From NCBI GenBank assembly GCA_020348925.1, contig CP070758.1, positions 1,444,469 to 1,508,468 on the forward strand: a DNA stretch of 64,000 nt, read 5' to 3'. Position numbers and translations under genes: made by a program. The notes beneath the pieces were generated by a model. That model saw only the letters and a program-made list of their open reading frames with translations. It ran no database searches and was not told the DNA's origin. Positions 42,501 through 52,650 of this stretch are shown piece by piece. This stretch comes from Gemmatimonadota bacterium (GTDB taxonomy: Bacteria > JBHIER01 > G020348925). Each line of letters opens with the position of its first letter. The first letter of the stretch is position 1.

Positions 42501-42745
42501 CCTTCAACCCCGAAACCTCAATACAGTACCTTATCCCGTCTACCTCACACGTCCACCTTGCTATCTTCAACATCCGAGGAGAACTGGTCAAAACCTTGAT
42601 CAACGAAGACAGGGAGCCAGGCCTTTCTGTGGTCACATGGAACGGTACGGACGAGTCCGGAGTGAAGGTCAGCTCAGGCGTCTACTTTTACCGGATGGTG
42701 ACGGATCGGTTCGTTGGTTCAAGGAAAATGCTGTTGTTGAAATAA
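39539..42745 (+). CDS. Secreted FG-GAP/VCBS repeat protein with PKD, LamG, TSP3, dockerin and FlgD-like C-terminus
   Basis: GDVDNDGDLDL repeats; 'WTYEELGLYTVSL'; '[10 protein letters not shown]...IDEVRIWN'; DNCP repeats; dockerin; NYPNPFN. Confidence 0.88.
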   Translation: MKKILPTIVAFVVTTTFCLTVLRCEVRADILLPENPTWQMQSGSFPTGLGWADIDGDGWLDLVVTNGLDVFDDHNVVYFNNHGELPDSPGWISDNVMPGDCIYLGDLDNDGDPDLTVASLGITNNGSLTREHRFIYYNNDGLSLSPDWMTPLGNSFSCTGGDPDGDGDIDIVFGQGDYATANLQKSRLYFNNGGLFDTLSFWETDFPYYADEVVFGDVDNDGDLDLILGNERTVDNLGIPGIVLFYNHNGTLETTPSWHTNAIVGGRQMDFGDVDGDGYLDLAVAEPTGSYRLFRNRNGTLDTTPSWTAEANEASAVSWGDADGDGDLDLAAGAWFSPFGIFENIEGALTDTFVWSYSGSAVQQFAWGDVDGDYLPDTLQVIVTDGTKKLFYLDRRNLHEISSVALNGTPLDLDQYCYDLIQGWVSLGILPQAGETLTIGYTYSKDLDLAVTDWERVRVFENLVFSTDFVAEPLTGHRPLSVQFTNRSQTLLPEHIWAWDIDTDGTIDSDEQHPTWTYEELGLYTVSLEFSSGLYSERQIREDYIRVFDGESALLFNNPPCYATCPATPDLELSGTFTIEAWIYPHDWGIFQTLGLGRVVDKMNISLYLVNSYLSLNRHSLALQMIHDDGTVSYSNSPENSLALNEWQHVAVTYDGQANVSMYINGAQQTVTHRTPPSGSIRENRDEDVVIGTSPDHGWTYLGLIDEVRIWNRTRTAEQILANMNFSLCGNQPDLVGYWQMNEGNGAILLDHSGHEHNCSIVNLLWREGAPLSQSSADTDEDGVSDCIDNCPENYNPGQEDGDEEGVGDLCDNCPDDVNPDQQDSDNDGIGDPCDTCMDSDGDGYGDPGYPTNTCQEDNCPAVYNPDQAEVERGNIDCGGGIDVLDVLAVVNHILGTTPLIGGPLVRADCNADGSVDILDALGIVNAILGTGACSPALRPLVNPDVIRYCRSLKAYLSPEDFSQFMALLKSETALPTEYGLTQNYPNPFNPETSIQYLIPSTSHVHLAIFNIRGELVKTLINEDREPGLSVVTWNGTDESGVKVSSGVYFYRMVTDRFVGSRKMLLLK

Positions 42746-42803
42746 AGAATCAGAATCTATTGTGGATTCGCTCTAGCGGAGTTCTTTTCCAAAAGGAGGA
42801 AGT

Positions 42804-45722
42804 ATGAGGAGACGGGTGTCGAGCGTCACGATCTTGCGTGGTATCCTTACCATGTCACTTGCGTTCGTGAGCGCCAAGGCGAACGCCGCAGAACCCTCTT
42901 TCACAGGACATACTATCGCCGAGAATTTCGATGTCACCATGTCCGTTCAAGGCACGGATGTGGATCAGGATGGAGATATCGACGTCATTGGTGGGGCTTA
43001 CGTTGACGACGGGATCAGGTGGTGGGAGAATGACGGCCACCAGAACTTCACCGAGCACATCCTCGGTGAAAACTATGGATTTGTGCGAACGGTCGAATCC
43101 GCCGACATTGACGGTGATGGTGACGTGGATCTTCTGAATGCTGCGATTCATACCGACAGGATAACGTGGTGGGAGAACGACGGGGCTCAGCATTTTACAG
43201 AGCATCTGATCTCGGACAGTTTTCACCACCCACATACCGTGTACGCAATAGACGTGGATGGGGACCAGGACGTCGATGTCCTCAGTGCTAACTGGGACGA
43301 TGATTTCGTCTGGATGGAGAACGACGGCAATCAGAATTTCAGCCAACACGTATTTTCCAATCGTCAACGCGGTACATGTGTCACTGCCCTCAAGGACGGC
43401 AACAACAGGGTGCATCTGTACGGTGCGCAATTTACCGAGACCGGCGGTATCCTGTGGTGGCAGAACGACGGCGCCCAGAACTTTACCGAGCATTTTTTCC
43501 CCTTTCCCTGGGCTCACTGGGTATACGCCACCGATATCGACGGTGACGGTGACACCGATATTCTGGGATCGGCCTGCGGCAGCGCCGTCGCCTGGTGGGA
43601 AAATGATGGACATCACAATTTCACGATGCATATTCTCACGGACAATTTCAACTGTGCCGCCTCCGTCTATGCCGTGGATATCGACGCTGACGGAGATGCG
43701 GACATCCTCAGCGCCGGTGAAGGGGCCAACGATATTCGATGGTGGGAAAACACCGGAAGTCAGGATTTCATTGAACACTCCGTGACCGGAGGAAATTTCG
43801 GGGGCGCCAGCGGCATTCATGCCGCGGACGTGGATGGGGACGGTGACATGGATGTCTTGGGCGCTGCATACATGGACGGCAGGATCGCCTGGTGGGAGAG
43901 TCATCTCATCGGAGCCCACTTTGTGGCGCAACCGGTCACAGGCCATGCTCCCCTGGATGTTCACTTTACGGATAAGTCTTTTGTCCTGAATCCTATCACT
44001 TGGTGGCAGTGGGATTTTGACAGCGATGGCGTCATCGACGCCGAGGAACAGCATCCCTGGTACACCTATGAAGACCCAGGGACCTACACGGTAGCCCTCC
44101 ACATTTCAAGCCATTCGCAGGAGTTCTCCACGATCTATGAGAATTACGTTCGGGTGTTCGACGGTGAGAGCGCTCTCGAGTTCGTCGACGCATACAGCTC
44201 CGTTTCATGTCCTGCCGCACCGTCTCTCAATCTGACGGATCAACTGACCCTCGAAGCCTGGATCAATCCCACCGGCTGGGGAGACTTTTTCACCTTCGGT
44301 CTCGGTCGCGTGCTTGACAAAAGATACATATCCCTGCAATTGATACAGTCCTACCTCAACTATAACAGGCACAGCCTCCTCCTTCAGCTTTTTCATCAGG
44401 ATGGTCCCACGAGCACCACCAACTCCCCGGATTCATCGTTAACATTGAACGAATGGCAGCACGTCGCCGTCACCTATGATGGTCTGAATGAAATTCGTAT
44501 GTATATCGATGGTATTCCACAGCCCCTCACTTCCACAACATTACCATCAGGTCCCATCCTGGATAACAGCACTGAGAACCTCTATATCGGGAATGACGCA
44601 TTCGGCGGTTTCAACTTCGAGGGAACCATCGATGAGGTCCGCATCTGGAGCATCGTCCGAAGCGCAGAGGAGATCAACGCCACGATGCGTACCTGTCTGA
44701 CAGGAGAGGAACCGGGGCTCGTGGCCAACTGGCGGATGAATGAGGGATGCGGTGGGACGATTACAGATTGTTCTATAAATAGACACGACGGGAGTGTGAG
44801 CGGCACCGCATGGATCCAGGGCGTACATCTGACGCCAACAATCGTGGATGCTGATGAAGATGGGATCGTCAACTCGGAGGACAACTGTCCGTATGCATAC
44901 AATGCCGGACAGGAGGATGAAGACGGAGACGGTCTGGGTGACGTCTGCGACAATTGTCCCCACGACTTCAATCCGGATCAGGAGGATGGTGATCATGACG
45001 GGACCGGTGATCCCTGCGATACCTGCATTGATACCGATGGTGACGGGTACGGTGATCCGGGTTACCCGGCTAATACATGTGAGGAGGACAACTGCCCTGC
45101 TGCCTACAATCCGGATCAGACCGACGTCGAGAGAGGCAACGTAGACTGTCAGGGGGCAACCGACGTGCTGGATGTATTGGCAGTTATTAATCACATATTG
45201 GCCTCAGCGCCCCTGCTTGGGGCTTCGCTTGAGCGAGCCGATTGTAACAGTGACGGGAGTGTGAATGTTCTGGATGCTCTGGGCATTATTAATGTGATTC
45301 TGGGTCTGGGTGAGTGTGCTCCAGGGACTTCCAAACCAGTGCTGACCACTGAAATGATGGAGTTTCTGAAATCGTTGGCGTCTTACCTCTCAGTCGATGA
45401 CTTTGACAGATTCATGTCTCTGATGAAAGAGGTGTCTGTTCCTGCCGCATATTATCTCTCTCAGAATTACCCCAATCCCTTTAACTCGGAGACATCCATA
45501 GACTTCAGTCTCCCCCGCATCTCCCACGTAAACCTTGCCGTTTTCAATATCAGCGGTGAACGGGTGAAGACCCTTGTATCTGAGGAACTTGATGCTGGAT
45601 ATCATTCGATAGTGTGGAATGGAAAAAACGAGCGAGAAGAGGAGGTGTCATCAGGAATCTATTTCTACCGGATCACTGGAAATGGTCACTCTGTAACAAA
45701 ACGGATGTTACTTCTCAAGTAG
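42804..45722 (+). CDS. Secreted FG-GAP/VCBS repeat protein with PKD, LamG, TSP3, dockerin and FlgD-like C-terminus
   Basis: 'DIDGDGD.D...WWENDG.QNFTEH' repeats; same C-terminal cassette as the upstream gene. Confidence 0.88.
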   Translation: MRRRVSSVTILRGILTMSLAFVSAKANAAEPSFTGHTIAENFDVTMSVQGTDVDQDGDIDVIGGAYVDDGIRWWENDGHQNFTEHILGENYGFVRTVESADIDGDGDVDLLNAAIHTDRITWWENDGAQHFTEHLISDSFHHPHTVYAIDVDGDQDVDVLSANWDDDFVWMENDGNQNFSQHVFSNRQRGTCVTALKDGNNRVHLYGAQFTETGGILWWQNDGAQNFTEHFFPFPWAHWVYATDIDGDGDTDILGSACGSAVAWWENDGHHNFTMHILTDNFNCAASVYAVDIDADGDADILSAGEGANDIRWWENTGSQDFIEHSVTGGNFGGASGIHAADVDGDGDMDVLGAAYMDGRIAWWESHLIGAHFVAQPVTGHAPLDVHFTDKSFVLNPITWWQWDFDSDGVIDAEEQHPWYTYEDPGTYTVALHISSHSQEFSTIYENYVRVFDGESALEFVDAYSSVSCPAAPSLNLTDQLTLEAWINPTGWGDFFTFGLGRVLDKRYISLQLIQSYLNYNRHSLLLQLFHQDGPTSTTNSPDSSLTLNEWQHVAVTYDGLNEIRMYIDGIPQPLTSTTLPSGPILDNSTENLYIGNDAFGGFNFEGTIDEVRIWSIVRSAEEINATMRTCLTGEEPGLVANWRMNEGCGGTITDCSINRHDGSVSGTAWIQGVHLTPTIVDADEDGIVNSEDNCPYAYNAGQEDEDGDGLGDVCDNCPHDFNPDQEDGDHDGTGDPCDTCIDTDGDGYGDPGYPANTCEEDNCPAAYNPDQTDVERGNVDCQGATDVLDVLAVINHILASAPLLGASLERADCNSDGSVNVLDALGIINVILGLGECAPGTSKPVLTTEMMEFLKSLASYLSVDDFDRFMSLMKEVSVPAAYYLSQNYPNPFNSETSIDFSLPRISHVNLAVFNISGERVKTLVSEELDAGYHSIVWNGKNEREEEVSSGIYFYRITGNGHSVTKRMLLLK

Positions 45723-45910
45723 ACCTTTATACTATAAACGGTCTGACTATTCGATCGAAGTTCTGGACCTCTTAGCAATCGTGAGTAGCATCCTTCAGAG
45801 AGCCCCGTGAAAAAAAGAATTGTACTGTCCCTTCGTATTTTCGAAGAGATATGTGTAGCAGGTAACCGCAGGAATATGTGCATAAAGTCAGAACAGAAAG
45901 GAGGCAAAAC

Positions 45911-48900
45911 ATGAAAAACCTGGCATTTGTTTTCTCCGTTTCGCTTTTCCTTTGTCTTATGACGGCTCCTGTTTCATGGCTGATGAAAACGGTTAGCGCC
46001 TCTTCAAGCGACTTGACGGAGAGAGAGCTGGACAATCTCATCGCCTTCACCAGGCTGATGGGCTACGTGCGCTTCTTCCATCCCAGCGACGAGGCGGCGG
46101 CGACCAACTGGGACCTGTTCTGCGTCGAAACCATGCCCACGGTGATAGACGCCTCGGATGCCGCCGACCTGGCCCAGAGGTTGGAGGATCTCTTCGCACC
46201 CATCGCCCCGTCGGTGCGGGTTTATGTCACCGGAACGTCCCCACCGGACATGCCGGACATGATTCCAGAAGAAGAAACCGATTCATTGCGGATTATCCAG
46301 TGGCGCCACGAGGGTGTCTGGATGCCTCAAATGCTTTTCCCTGAACATGAAGCCAGTTACAGTAGCGACCGCGCTCTTGAAGCTGCCCCCAGCGGATGCA
46401 TCCCTGATGGTTTTCATGATCCTGAAGATCCCTTTACTGCCGACCTGGAAGGCTCGGTCACCTGCAGCGTACCGCTGGCACTCTTTGTGAACGAACATGG
46501 GACATATCCGCCTTCCGATGTCATCAATCCATGGACTCACGCTACCGATCCGACCGACTATTCGGGGGACGATCTGGCCACCCGTCTGGCCGGCGTGGCC
46601 ATTGCCTGGACCGTCTGGCAGCATTTCTATCCTTATTTTGATGTTGTGCAAACAGACTGGCCGGCCGCCCTCCGCCAGGCCCTCTCCTCGGCCGCAACTG
46701 ATGAGAGTGAGCTGGACTTTCTCTATACGCTCCGCCTGCTTGTGGCGGCCTTACACGATGGTCATGGACTGGTCCTCCATTCCTCAGAGCCTTTTGGAAC
46801 CGCCTACACCTATAACCCTGCTTTTGTCACGGATTGGATCGATAACCGCCTCATTGTCATGTATGTCGATTCATTGAGTCTCCCTGAGATCCACCTGGGC
46901 GATGAGATTGTGACTCTCGATGGCGTGCCCATCGAGGAGGCTTTTGCCGACAGAGCGCAATATACCTGCGGGTCAACCCCCCAACACATACGTGCTCTGG
47001 TGACGCCAACGCTCTTCCTGGGCGAAATGAATACCTCTATCACTGTGGGGATTCAACCATACACTGGGGAATTTTTTTCGATGACGCTGGTCCGCGATCG
47101 GCTGTATCATTTTGATCTCCTGGAACATGCCATGCCGCGACCGGAAAAATTCACCATGCTCGGTACGGACGTGTATTATATCGATCTGACTCGAACCGAA
47201 TTCAGCGATATTGAGGATCACCTCCCGCAACTCCAAAAGGCACGGGGTATCATTTTTGACTTTCGCAGACTTTCAGGAACTATCGATGTTTCAGTTTTCC
47301 CGTATCTCCATGATACACCTGTACTAGGTCCGCAAACGTATACCCCTCTTGTGACGCACCCGGACAGGGAAAACCTCACCTTTCTTTTCAACCAGTGGAC
47401 AGCAGACCCGGCGGATGCTGAACAGTCTCTCAGCCATGTCCAAAAAGTATTTCTGACGGACGGTGAAATAATGAGTCACGGTGAAACGATCATGGGTATC
47501 ATTGAACATTACCACTTGGCCGACATTGTCGGGGGGCCGACAGCCGGTACGAACGGGAATGTGAATCCCTTCGTTCTTCCCGGAGACTATCTCGTCGCCT
47601 GGACGGGTATGAAAGTACTCAAGCAAGATGGGTCCCAACATCACGGTGTCGGTATCCTGCCAACCCATCCCGTTTCAAGAACGATTGAAGGTGTCAGACA
47701 GGGGAAGAAGGACGAAGTTTTGGATTATGCCATGGGCCTCATCGGTATTTTTCACGGCCTGGCCGAACCGAATACCGGCCATGGGCCCCTGACGGTCCAA
47801 TTCGATATCGATCTGGCACATTTCACCACACCCATCTCAGCCATCGATTGGGACGTGAACAACGACGGGCTGACCGATGTCCAGGGACAGGCCCCGCAAT
47901 GGACGTACACACAGCCCGGTACCTATACGGTCGGCTTGGCGGTGTCCACCGATTCTGAACGCATTGAGGTGACATATGACGACTTCATCCACGTTTTCGA
48001 CGGCGAAAGCGCCCTCTTGTTTGAGGAACGGGAGAGTTCTGTCAATTTTTTCCCCGCCCCCTGGCTGAATCTCACGGACGAATTGACCGTCGAAGCCTGG
48101 ATCAAACCCATCGGCTGGGGATCGTTTCCTTATCTGGGCCTGGGAAGAGTGGTGGACAAAAGGAGTATATCCCTGTACCTTGTCGAATCGTACGCTCCCT
48201 TTCATGATCACAGCCTTGTCTTGGAGCTGCACCATGAGAACGGTTCGACGAGCTCTTCGTATACGCCAGCGGAATCCATACGCCTGAACGAATGGCAGCA
48301 TGTCGCGGTGACCTACGACGGACAGCGAACGGTAAAGATGTATCTCAACGGCGCAGAACAGATCATCGCCCACACCACGCCGCCCTCAGGACCTGTTCAG
48401 GACAACAGCCACGAACATCTCATCGTTGGAAATCTCCCCGATCTGACGAGAACGTTTCACGGCTTGATCGACGAAGTTCACGTGTGGAATACTGCTCGAA
48501 GCGGCGAAGAGATCCGGGAGGACATGAATTCGTATCTGGCCGGAACAGAACCGGGTCTGGCCGGTTGCTGGTCGATGAACGAGGGAGTCGGTGATACGAT
48601 CTTCGACACGTCTCACAACGGATCCGACGGTCACGTCAGCGGCGCACTGTGGCGACAGGGGATACGATTTCACCCCGAATCCTTCGATACGGACGAGGAC
48701 GGTATTGTGAACTGGGATGACAACTGTCCCTGCATCTTCAATCCTGACCAGAATGACAATGATAGCGACGGCCTGGGGGATGCCTGCGAATCACTCCGGG
48801 GCGATGTGGACGGCAGCTGCTCTATCGATATTTTGGACGTTGTGAAACTGGTCAACATCATTCTGGCTCAACTGGATCCAACCGATTACGAGCGCGCGGC

Positions 48901-49024
48901 CGGGGATTGTGACCGGAACGGTGTATTAAATATCCTCGACGCCGTATGCATCGTAAACCTCGTACTGGGTATTGGTGAACGTCCGACCCAGGGGGGTGTA
49001 AACCCATACGGAAAGACGAAGTGA
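45911..49024 (+). CDS. S41 family peptidase with PKD, LamG, TSP3 and dockerin; C-terminal sorting domain lost
   Basis: '[11 protein letters not shown]', 'QHFYPYFD', LHDGH, 'MSHGE', '[10 protein letters not shown]', 'GVGILP'. Confidence 0.85.
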   Translation: MKNLAFVFSVSLFLCLMTAPVSWLMKTVSASSSDLTERELDNLIAFTRLMGYVRFFHPSDEAAATNWDLFCVETMPTVIDASDAADLAQRLEDLFAPIAPSVRVYVTGTSPPDMPDMIPEEETDSLRIIQWRHEGVWMPQMLFPEHEASYSSDRALEAAPSGCIPDGFHDPEDPFTADLEGSVTCSVPLALFVNEHGTYPPSDVINPWTHATDPTDYSGDDLATRLAGVAIAWTVWQHFYPYFDVVQTDWPAALRQALSSAATDESELDFLYTLRLLVAALHDGHGLVLHSSEPFGTAYTYNPAFVTDWIDNRLIVMYVDSLSLPEIHLGDEIVTLDGVPIEEAFADRAQYTCGSTPQHIRALVTPTLFLGEMNTSITVGIQPYTGEFFSMTLVRDRLYHFDLLEHAMPRPEKFTMLGTDVYYIDLTRTEFSDIEDHLPQLQKARGIIFDFRRLSGTIDVSVFPYLHDTPVLGPQTYTPLVTHPDRENLTFLFNQWTADPADAEQSLSHVQKVFLTDGEIMSHGETIMGIIEHYHLADIVGGPTAGTNGNVNPFVLPGDYLVAWTGMKVLKQDGSQHHGVGILPTHPVSRTIEGVRQGKKDEVLDYAMGLIGIFHGLAEPNTGHGPLTVQFDIDLAHFTTPISAIDWDVNNDGLTDVQGQAPQWTYTQPGTYTVGLAVSTDSERIEVTYDDFIHVFDGESALLFEERESSVNFFPAPWLNLTDELTVEAWIKPIGWGSFPYLGLGRVVDKRSISLYLVESYAPFHDHSLVLELHHENGSTSSSYTPAESIRLNEWQHVAVTYDGQRTVKMYLNGAEQIIAHTTPPSGPVQDNSHEHLIVGNLPDLTRTFHGLIDEVHVWNTARSGEEIREDMNSYLAGTEPGLAGCWSMNEGVGDTIFDTSHNGSDGHVSGALWRQGIRFHPESFDTDEDGIVNWDDNCPCIFNPDQNDNDSDGLGDACESLRGDVDGSCSIDILDVVKLVNIILAQLDPTDYERAAGDCDRNGVLNILDAVCIVNLVLGIGERPTQGGVNPYGKTK

Positions 49025-49091
49025 TGGGTACCTGTATGGAGAGGCTATGAAAACTTTCGTGAATTGCTTCACTTTCAAAAAGGAGGTCATC

Positions 49092-52000
49092 ATGAAAGTC
49101 TCTCGTTTTTGTTTTTCGATGTTCACGCTTCTCACAACCTTCATGCTGTGTTACCGAGCCGAAGCTCAATGGCCGGGTGAATTTTCCTGGCAGGACTCCC
49201 AGTATCCTGATGAAAGTATTGTGCAACATAAGCCTCAAGCGAATACAGTATATTCCTCAACGAATTCTGAAAGTCTCACCGAACTTGAGCTGGACAATCT
49301 CATCGCCTTCACCAGACTCATGGGCTATGTTCGATTCTTTCATCCCAGTGACGAAGTGGCCGTCACAAACTGGGACGAGCTCTGTCTTCAGGCCGTTCCG
49401 ATCGTCAGAGGTGCCCTCGATCCAACGGATTTAGCTCTGAAGCTGCAGTCGTACTTTGCACCGATCGCCCCCTCGGTTCGTGTATATCCCACGGCAACCG
49501 ATCCCGCAGATATCCCAACCATGATCCCGCCGAGCGGGAACGATTCATTATATATCACCCAGTGGTACCACGAGAGTGTCGGGTTCGACTACGCCCATTC
49601 ATGGTTTTTGCAGCATGGTATTCCACCGGAGAGTTCGTGCATAAGCCAACGTATCTCGGAGCGGCTGTTCCATGCCTCAGTGCCTCAGGGCTTTCACGAT
49701 CCTGAGACGCCCTTCGTGAGAGACCTGGAGGGATCGGTGACGTGCATGGTTCCTCTATCGCTTTTCGGCACCAGGGAGGGGACCTTCCCCCCCTCAACCC
49801 TGCCTCATCCCTGGACGACAATGACCGATCCTTTTGATTACTCGGGGAACGACCAGGCCGTGCGACTGGCATGCGTATCGATCGTCTGGAATGTGTTTCA
49901 ACACTTCTTTCCGTATTTCGACGTTATTGAAACCGATTGGCACCAGGTACTCCGAGAGACATTAGCCAGGGCTGCAGTTGATGCAAATGAGCGGGATTTT
50001 GCAAACACACTCCGTCTTCTCCTCGTTCCTCTCGAGGATGGACATGGTACTGTATTACAACAAGATATGATGACGGGGGGAATGTTTTCGCCTCGTCTTA
50101 AAGTGAATTGGATCGAGGATCAGCTCGTCGTAACGTTTGTCGATACGACCATCGTGCCCAGGATACGACTGGGGGATGTCATTGTCGCTATCTATGGGGT
50201 ATCAGCGAGGCAGGTTGTGGAAGAAAAAGAGAAATATATATCGGGATCGCCCCAGCGGAGACGTCTCATGGCCACAGAGAGAATCTTAACCGGTGATCCG
50301 AATACGTCCGTTACCCTGGATGTCCTGTCCTTTTCAGGTGAATCATTTACAATTACGCTGAGGCGTGATCAATATTACACTCATCTTGATGGATTCGAGG
50401 AACCGCGGCCGGATAAGTTTGACGTGCTCGGCGATAACTTCCATTATATTGATATGACACGAATTTCCACGATGGAAGAATACGAGGAACGGTTTCCTAA
50501 ACTACAAAATGCGGATGGTCTGATTTTCGATCTGCGGGGATCTCCGGGTGGACCGTTCATCATCGGTCATCTCATAGACAAACCAGCCCACTGGTCACCA
50601 ATGTATATACCCGCAGTCACGTACCCGGATCGCGAGAATTTTTCATTTCTCTGCACATCCTGTGGATGGGTTGTGCCTCCCGAATATACGCTGAGTAAAA
50701 TAAAGAAGGTGTTTCTGACAAATGCGGGTGCAATGAGTTATGGTGAGACAAATATGGAAATCATTGCCTCCAATCGGATAGCTGAAATTGTTGGGGAGCC
50801 AACGGCCGGTACGAATGGCCTAGCAAATCGTCATTATCTGATAGGCGGTTATTATATTTTGTGGACATGTATAAAAGTGCTCAAGGGTGATGGCAGCCAA
50901 CTCTACGGTATAGGCGTCACACCGACACATCCGGTGTCACGTACCATTGAAGGTGTGGCCCATGGACGGGACGAAGTCCTTGAATATGCGATGGACCTGT
51001 TGGGGGTGCATGCTGTTAGCGCTGTACCCAACACAGGTCATGCGCCATTGACCGTTCAATTGACCTTTGATCCCTCGCATCTCATCATGCCGGTTTCCTC
51101 GTTACGCTGGGATTTTGAGAATGACGGTACCACCGATTCCCGTGAGCAGCAGACGGAGTGGACGTACGAGCAACCCGGAGACTACACTATATGTTTAGGT
51201 GTAGAAGGGAGTAACAGCTTCGATACGTTAATGTACAAGGACTTTATCCGCGTCTTCGATGGTGAAAGCGCTTTGCTGTTTGATGGGAAACAGAGCCTCG
51301 TCTCATGTCCCGCTGCACCATCTTTGAATGTGACCGATGCGTTGACAATAGAGGCGTGGATCAACCCCCAGGGGTGGGGAGAATTTCCTCATCTTGGTTT
51401 GGGTAGAGTCGTGGACAAAGGGAGCATATCCCTGTACCTCGTCGAGTTCTACGCTCCATTTCATGATCACAGTCTTGTCATGGAGCTGCACCATGAGAAC
51501 GGTATGACGAGTTCTTCCTACACGCCAGCGGAATCCATTCACCTGAACGAATGGCAGTATCTTGCAGTCAGCTATGACGGTGAGCATAGTATAAAAATGT
51601 ATATCAACGGCGCTGAACAGGTCCTCACCCACACAGGGACGCCCTCAGGACCTGTTCAGGACAACAGCAATATTAATCTGATTTTCGGAAATCTCCCCGA
51701 TCTGACCGGGACGTTTCACGGCCTCATCGATGATGTACGGTTGTGGAATACTGTCCGAACCGGAGAAGAGATCCGGGAAAACATGAATTCGTATCTGGCC
51801 GGAACAGAACCGGATCTGGTGGGGTACTGGCCGATGAATGAAGGAAACGGGGATACGATCTTTGACAGCTCCGATAAAGGATCCGATGGTCACATCAGCG
51901 GTGCCCTGTGGCGACAGGGGAGGCAATTTCACCCCGAATCCTTCGACACGGACGAGGACGGTATTGTGGACTGGGATGACAACTGTCCCTGCATCTCCAA

Positions 52001-52634
52001 TCCCGATCAGAAGGACTCAGATGAAGATGGCCTGGGTGATGCCTGCGAATCCCTCCGGGGCGATGTGGACGGCAATTGCTCTTTCGATATTCTGGACGTT
52101 GTGAAAGTCATCAACATCATTCTGGCTCAACTGACGCCAACAGATTACGAGCGTGCGGCCGGCGATTGTGACCGGAACGGCTCGCTCAATATTCTTGACG
52201 CTCTGGGCGTCGTCAACCTTGTCCTGGGTATTGGTGACTGCCCGCCCCAGGGATGCAAACCCGTATGGAACGACGAGGTCATGGCCTATCTCAAAGGACT
52301 GCAATCCCACTTCACACCGGAAATTTTTGACCGACTCATGACGACATTGCATCGCATCGATTTTGCACCGTCACACTTTTCTCTGGCCCAAAATTATCCC
52401 AATCCCTTTAACCCGGAGACGTCGATTGAATTCGCTCTCCCCCGGACAGCTTACATAAGGTTGAGTGTCTACAACATTCTGGGCCGGGAGGTAAAGGTCT
52501 TAGTGGATGATCGGATGGAGGCCGGATATCATGCGGTGAGGTGGGAGACATCAAACATGCCCAGCGGGGTCTATTTCTATCGTCTGAGGGCAGGTGATTT
52601 CTCAGCAGTGAGAAGTATGGTTTTAATGAAGTAA
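49092..52634 (+). CDS. S41 family peptidase with PKD, LamG, TSP3, dockerin and T9SS/FlgD-like C-terminus
   Basis: FDLRG, 'MSYGE', '[10 protein letters not shown]'; paralog of the preceding gene; AGGAGG RBS. Confidence 0.88.
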   Translation: MKVSRFCFSMFTLLTTFMLCYRAEAQWPGEFSWQDSQYPDESIVQHKPQANTVYSSTNSESLTELELDNLIAFTRLMGYVRFFHPSDEVAVTNWDELCLQAVPIVRGALDPTDLALKLQSYFAPIAPSVRVYPTATDPADIPTMIPPSGNDSLYITQWYHESVGFDYAHSWFLQHGIPPESSCISQRISERLFHASVPQGFHDPETPFVRDLEGSVTCMVPLSLFGTREGTFPPSTLPHPWTTMTDPFDYSGNDQAVRLACVSIVWNVFQHFFPYFDVIETDWHQVLRETLARAAVDANERDFANTLRLLLVPLEDGHGTVLQQDMMTGGMFSPRLKVNWIEDQLVVTFVDTTIVPRIRLGDVIVAIYGVSARQVVEEKEKYISGSPQRRRLMATERILTGDPNTSVTLDVLSFSGESFTITLRRDQYYTHLDGFEEPRPDKFDVLGDNFHYIDMTRISTMEEYEERFPKLQNADGLIFDLRGSPGGPFIIGHLIDKPAHWSPMYIPAVTYPDRENFSFLCTSCGWVVPPEYTLSKIKKVFLTNAGAMSYGETNMEIIASNRIAEIVGEPTAGTNGLANRHYLIGGYYILWTCIKVLKGDGSQLYGIGVTPTHPVSRTIEGVAHGRDEVLEYAMDLLGVHAVSAVPNTGHAPLTVQLTFDPSHLIMPVSSLRWDFENDGTTDSREQQTEWTYEQPGDYTICLGVEGSNSFDTLMYKDFIRVFDGESALLFDGKQSLVSCPAAPSLNVTDALTIEAWINPQGWGEFPHLGLGRVVDKGSISLYLVEFYAPFHDHSLVMELHHENGMTSSSYTPAESIHLNEWQYLAVSYDGEHSIKMYINGAEQVLTHTGTPSGPVQDNSNINLIFGNLPDLTGTFHGLIDDVRLWNTVRTGEEIRENMNSYLAGTEPDLVGYWPMNEGNGDTIFDSSDKGSDGHISGALWRQGRQFHPESFDTDEDGIVDWDDNCPCISNPDQKDSDEDGLGDACESLRGDVDGNCSFDILDVVKVINIILAQLTPTDYERAAGDCDRNGSLNILDALGVVNLVLGIGDCPPQGCKPVWNDEVMAYLKGLQSHFTPEIFDRLMTTLHRIDFAPSHFSLAQNYPNPFNPETSIEFALPRTAYIRLSVYNILGREVKVLVDDRMEAGYHAVRWETSNMPSGVYFYRLRAGDFSAVRSMVLMK

Positions 52635-52650
52635 CCAAAGGAGGTGCATA

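Noticed and set aside
48640-52230. Near-identical repeats as DGR template/variable regions
   Set aside because: No reverse transcriptase in the window, both copies are coding, and the mismatches are not obviously adenine-specific
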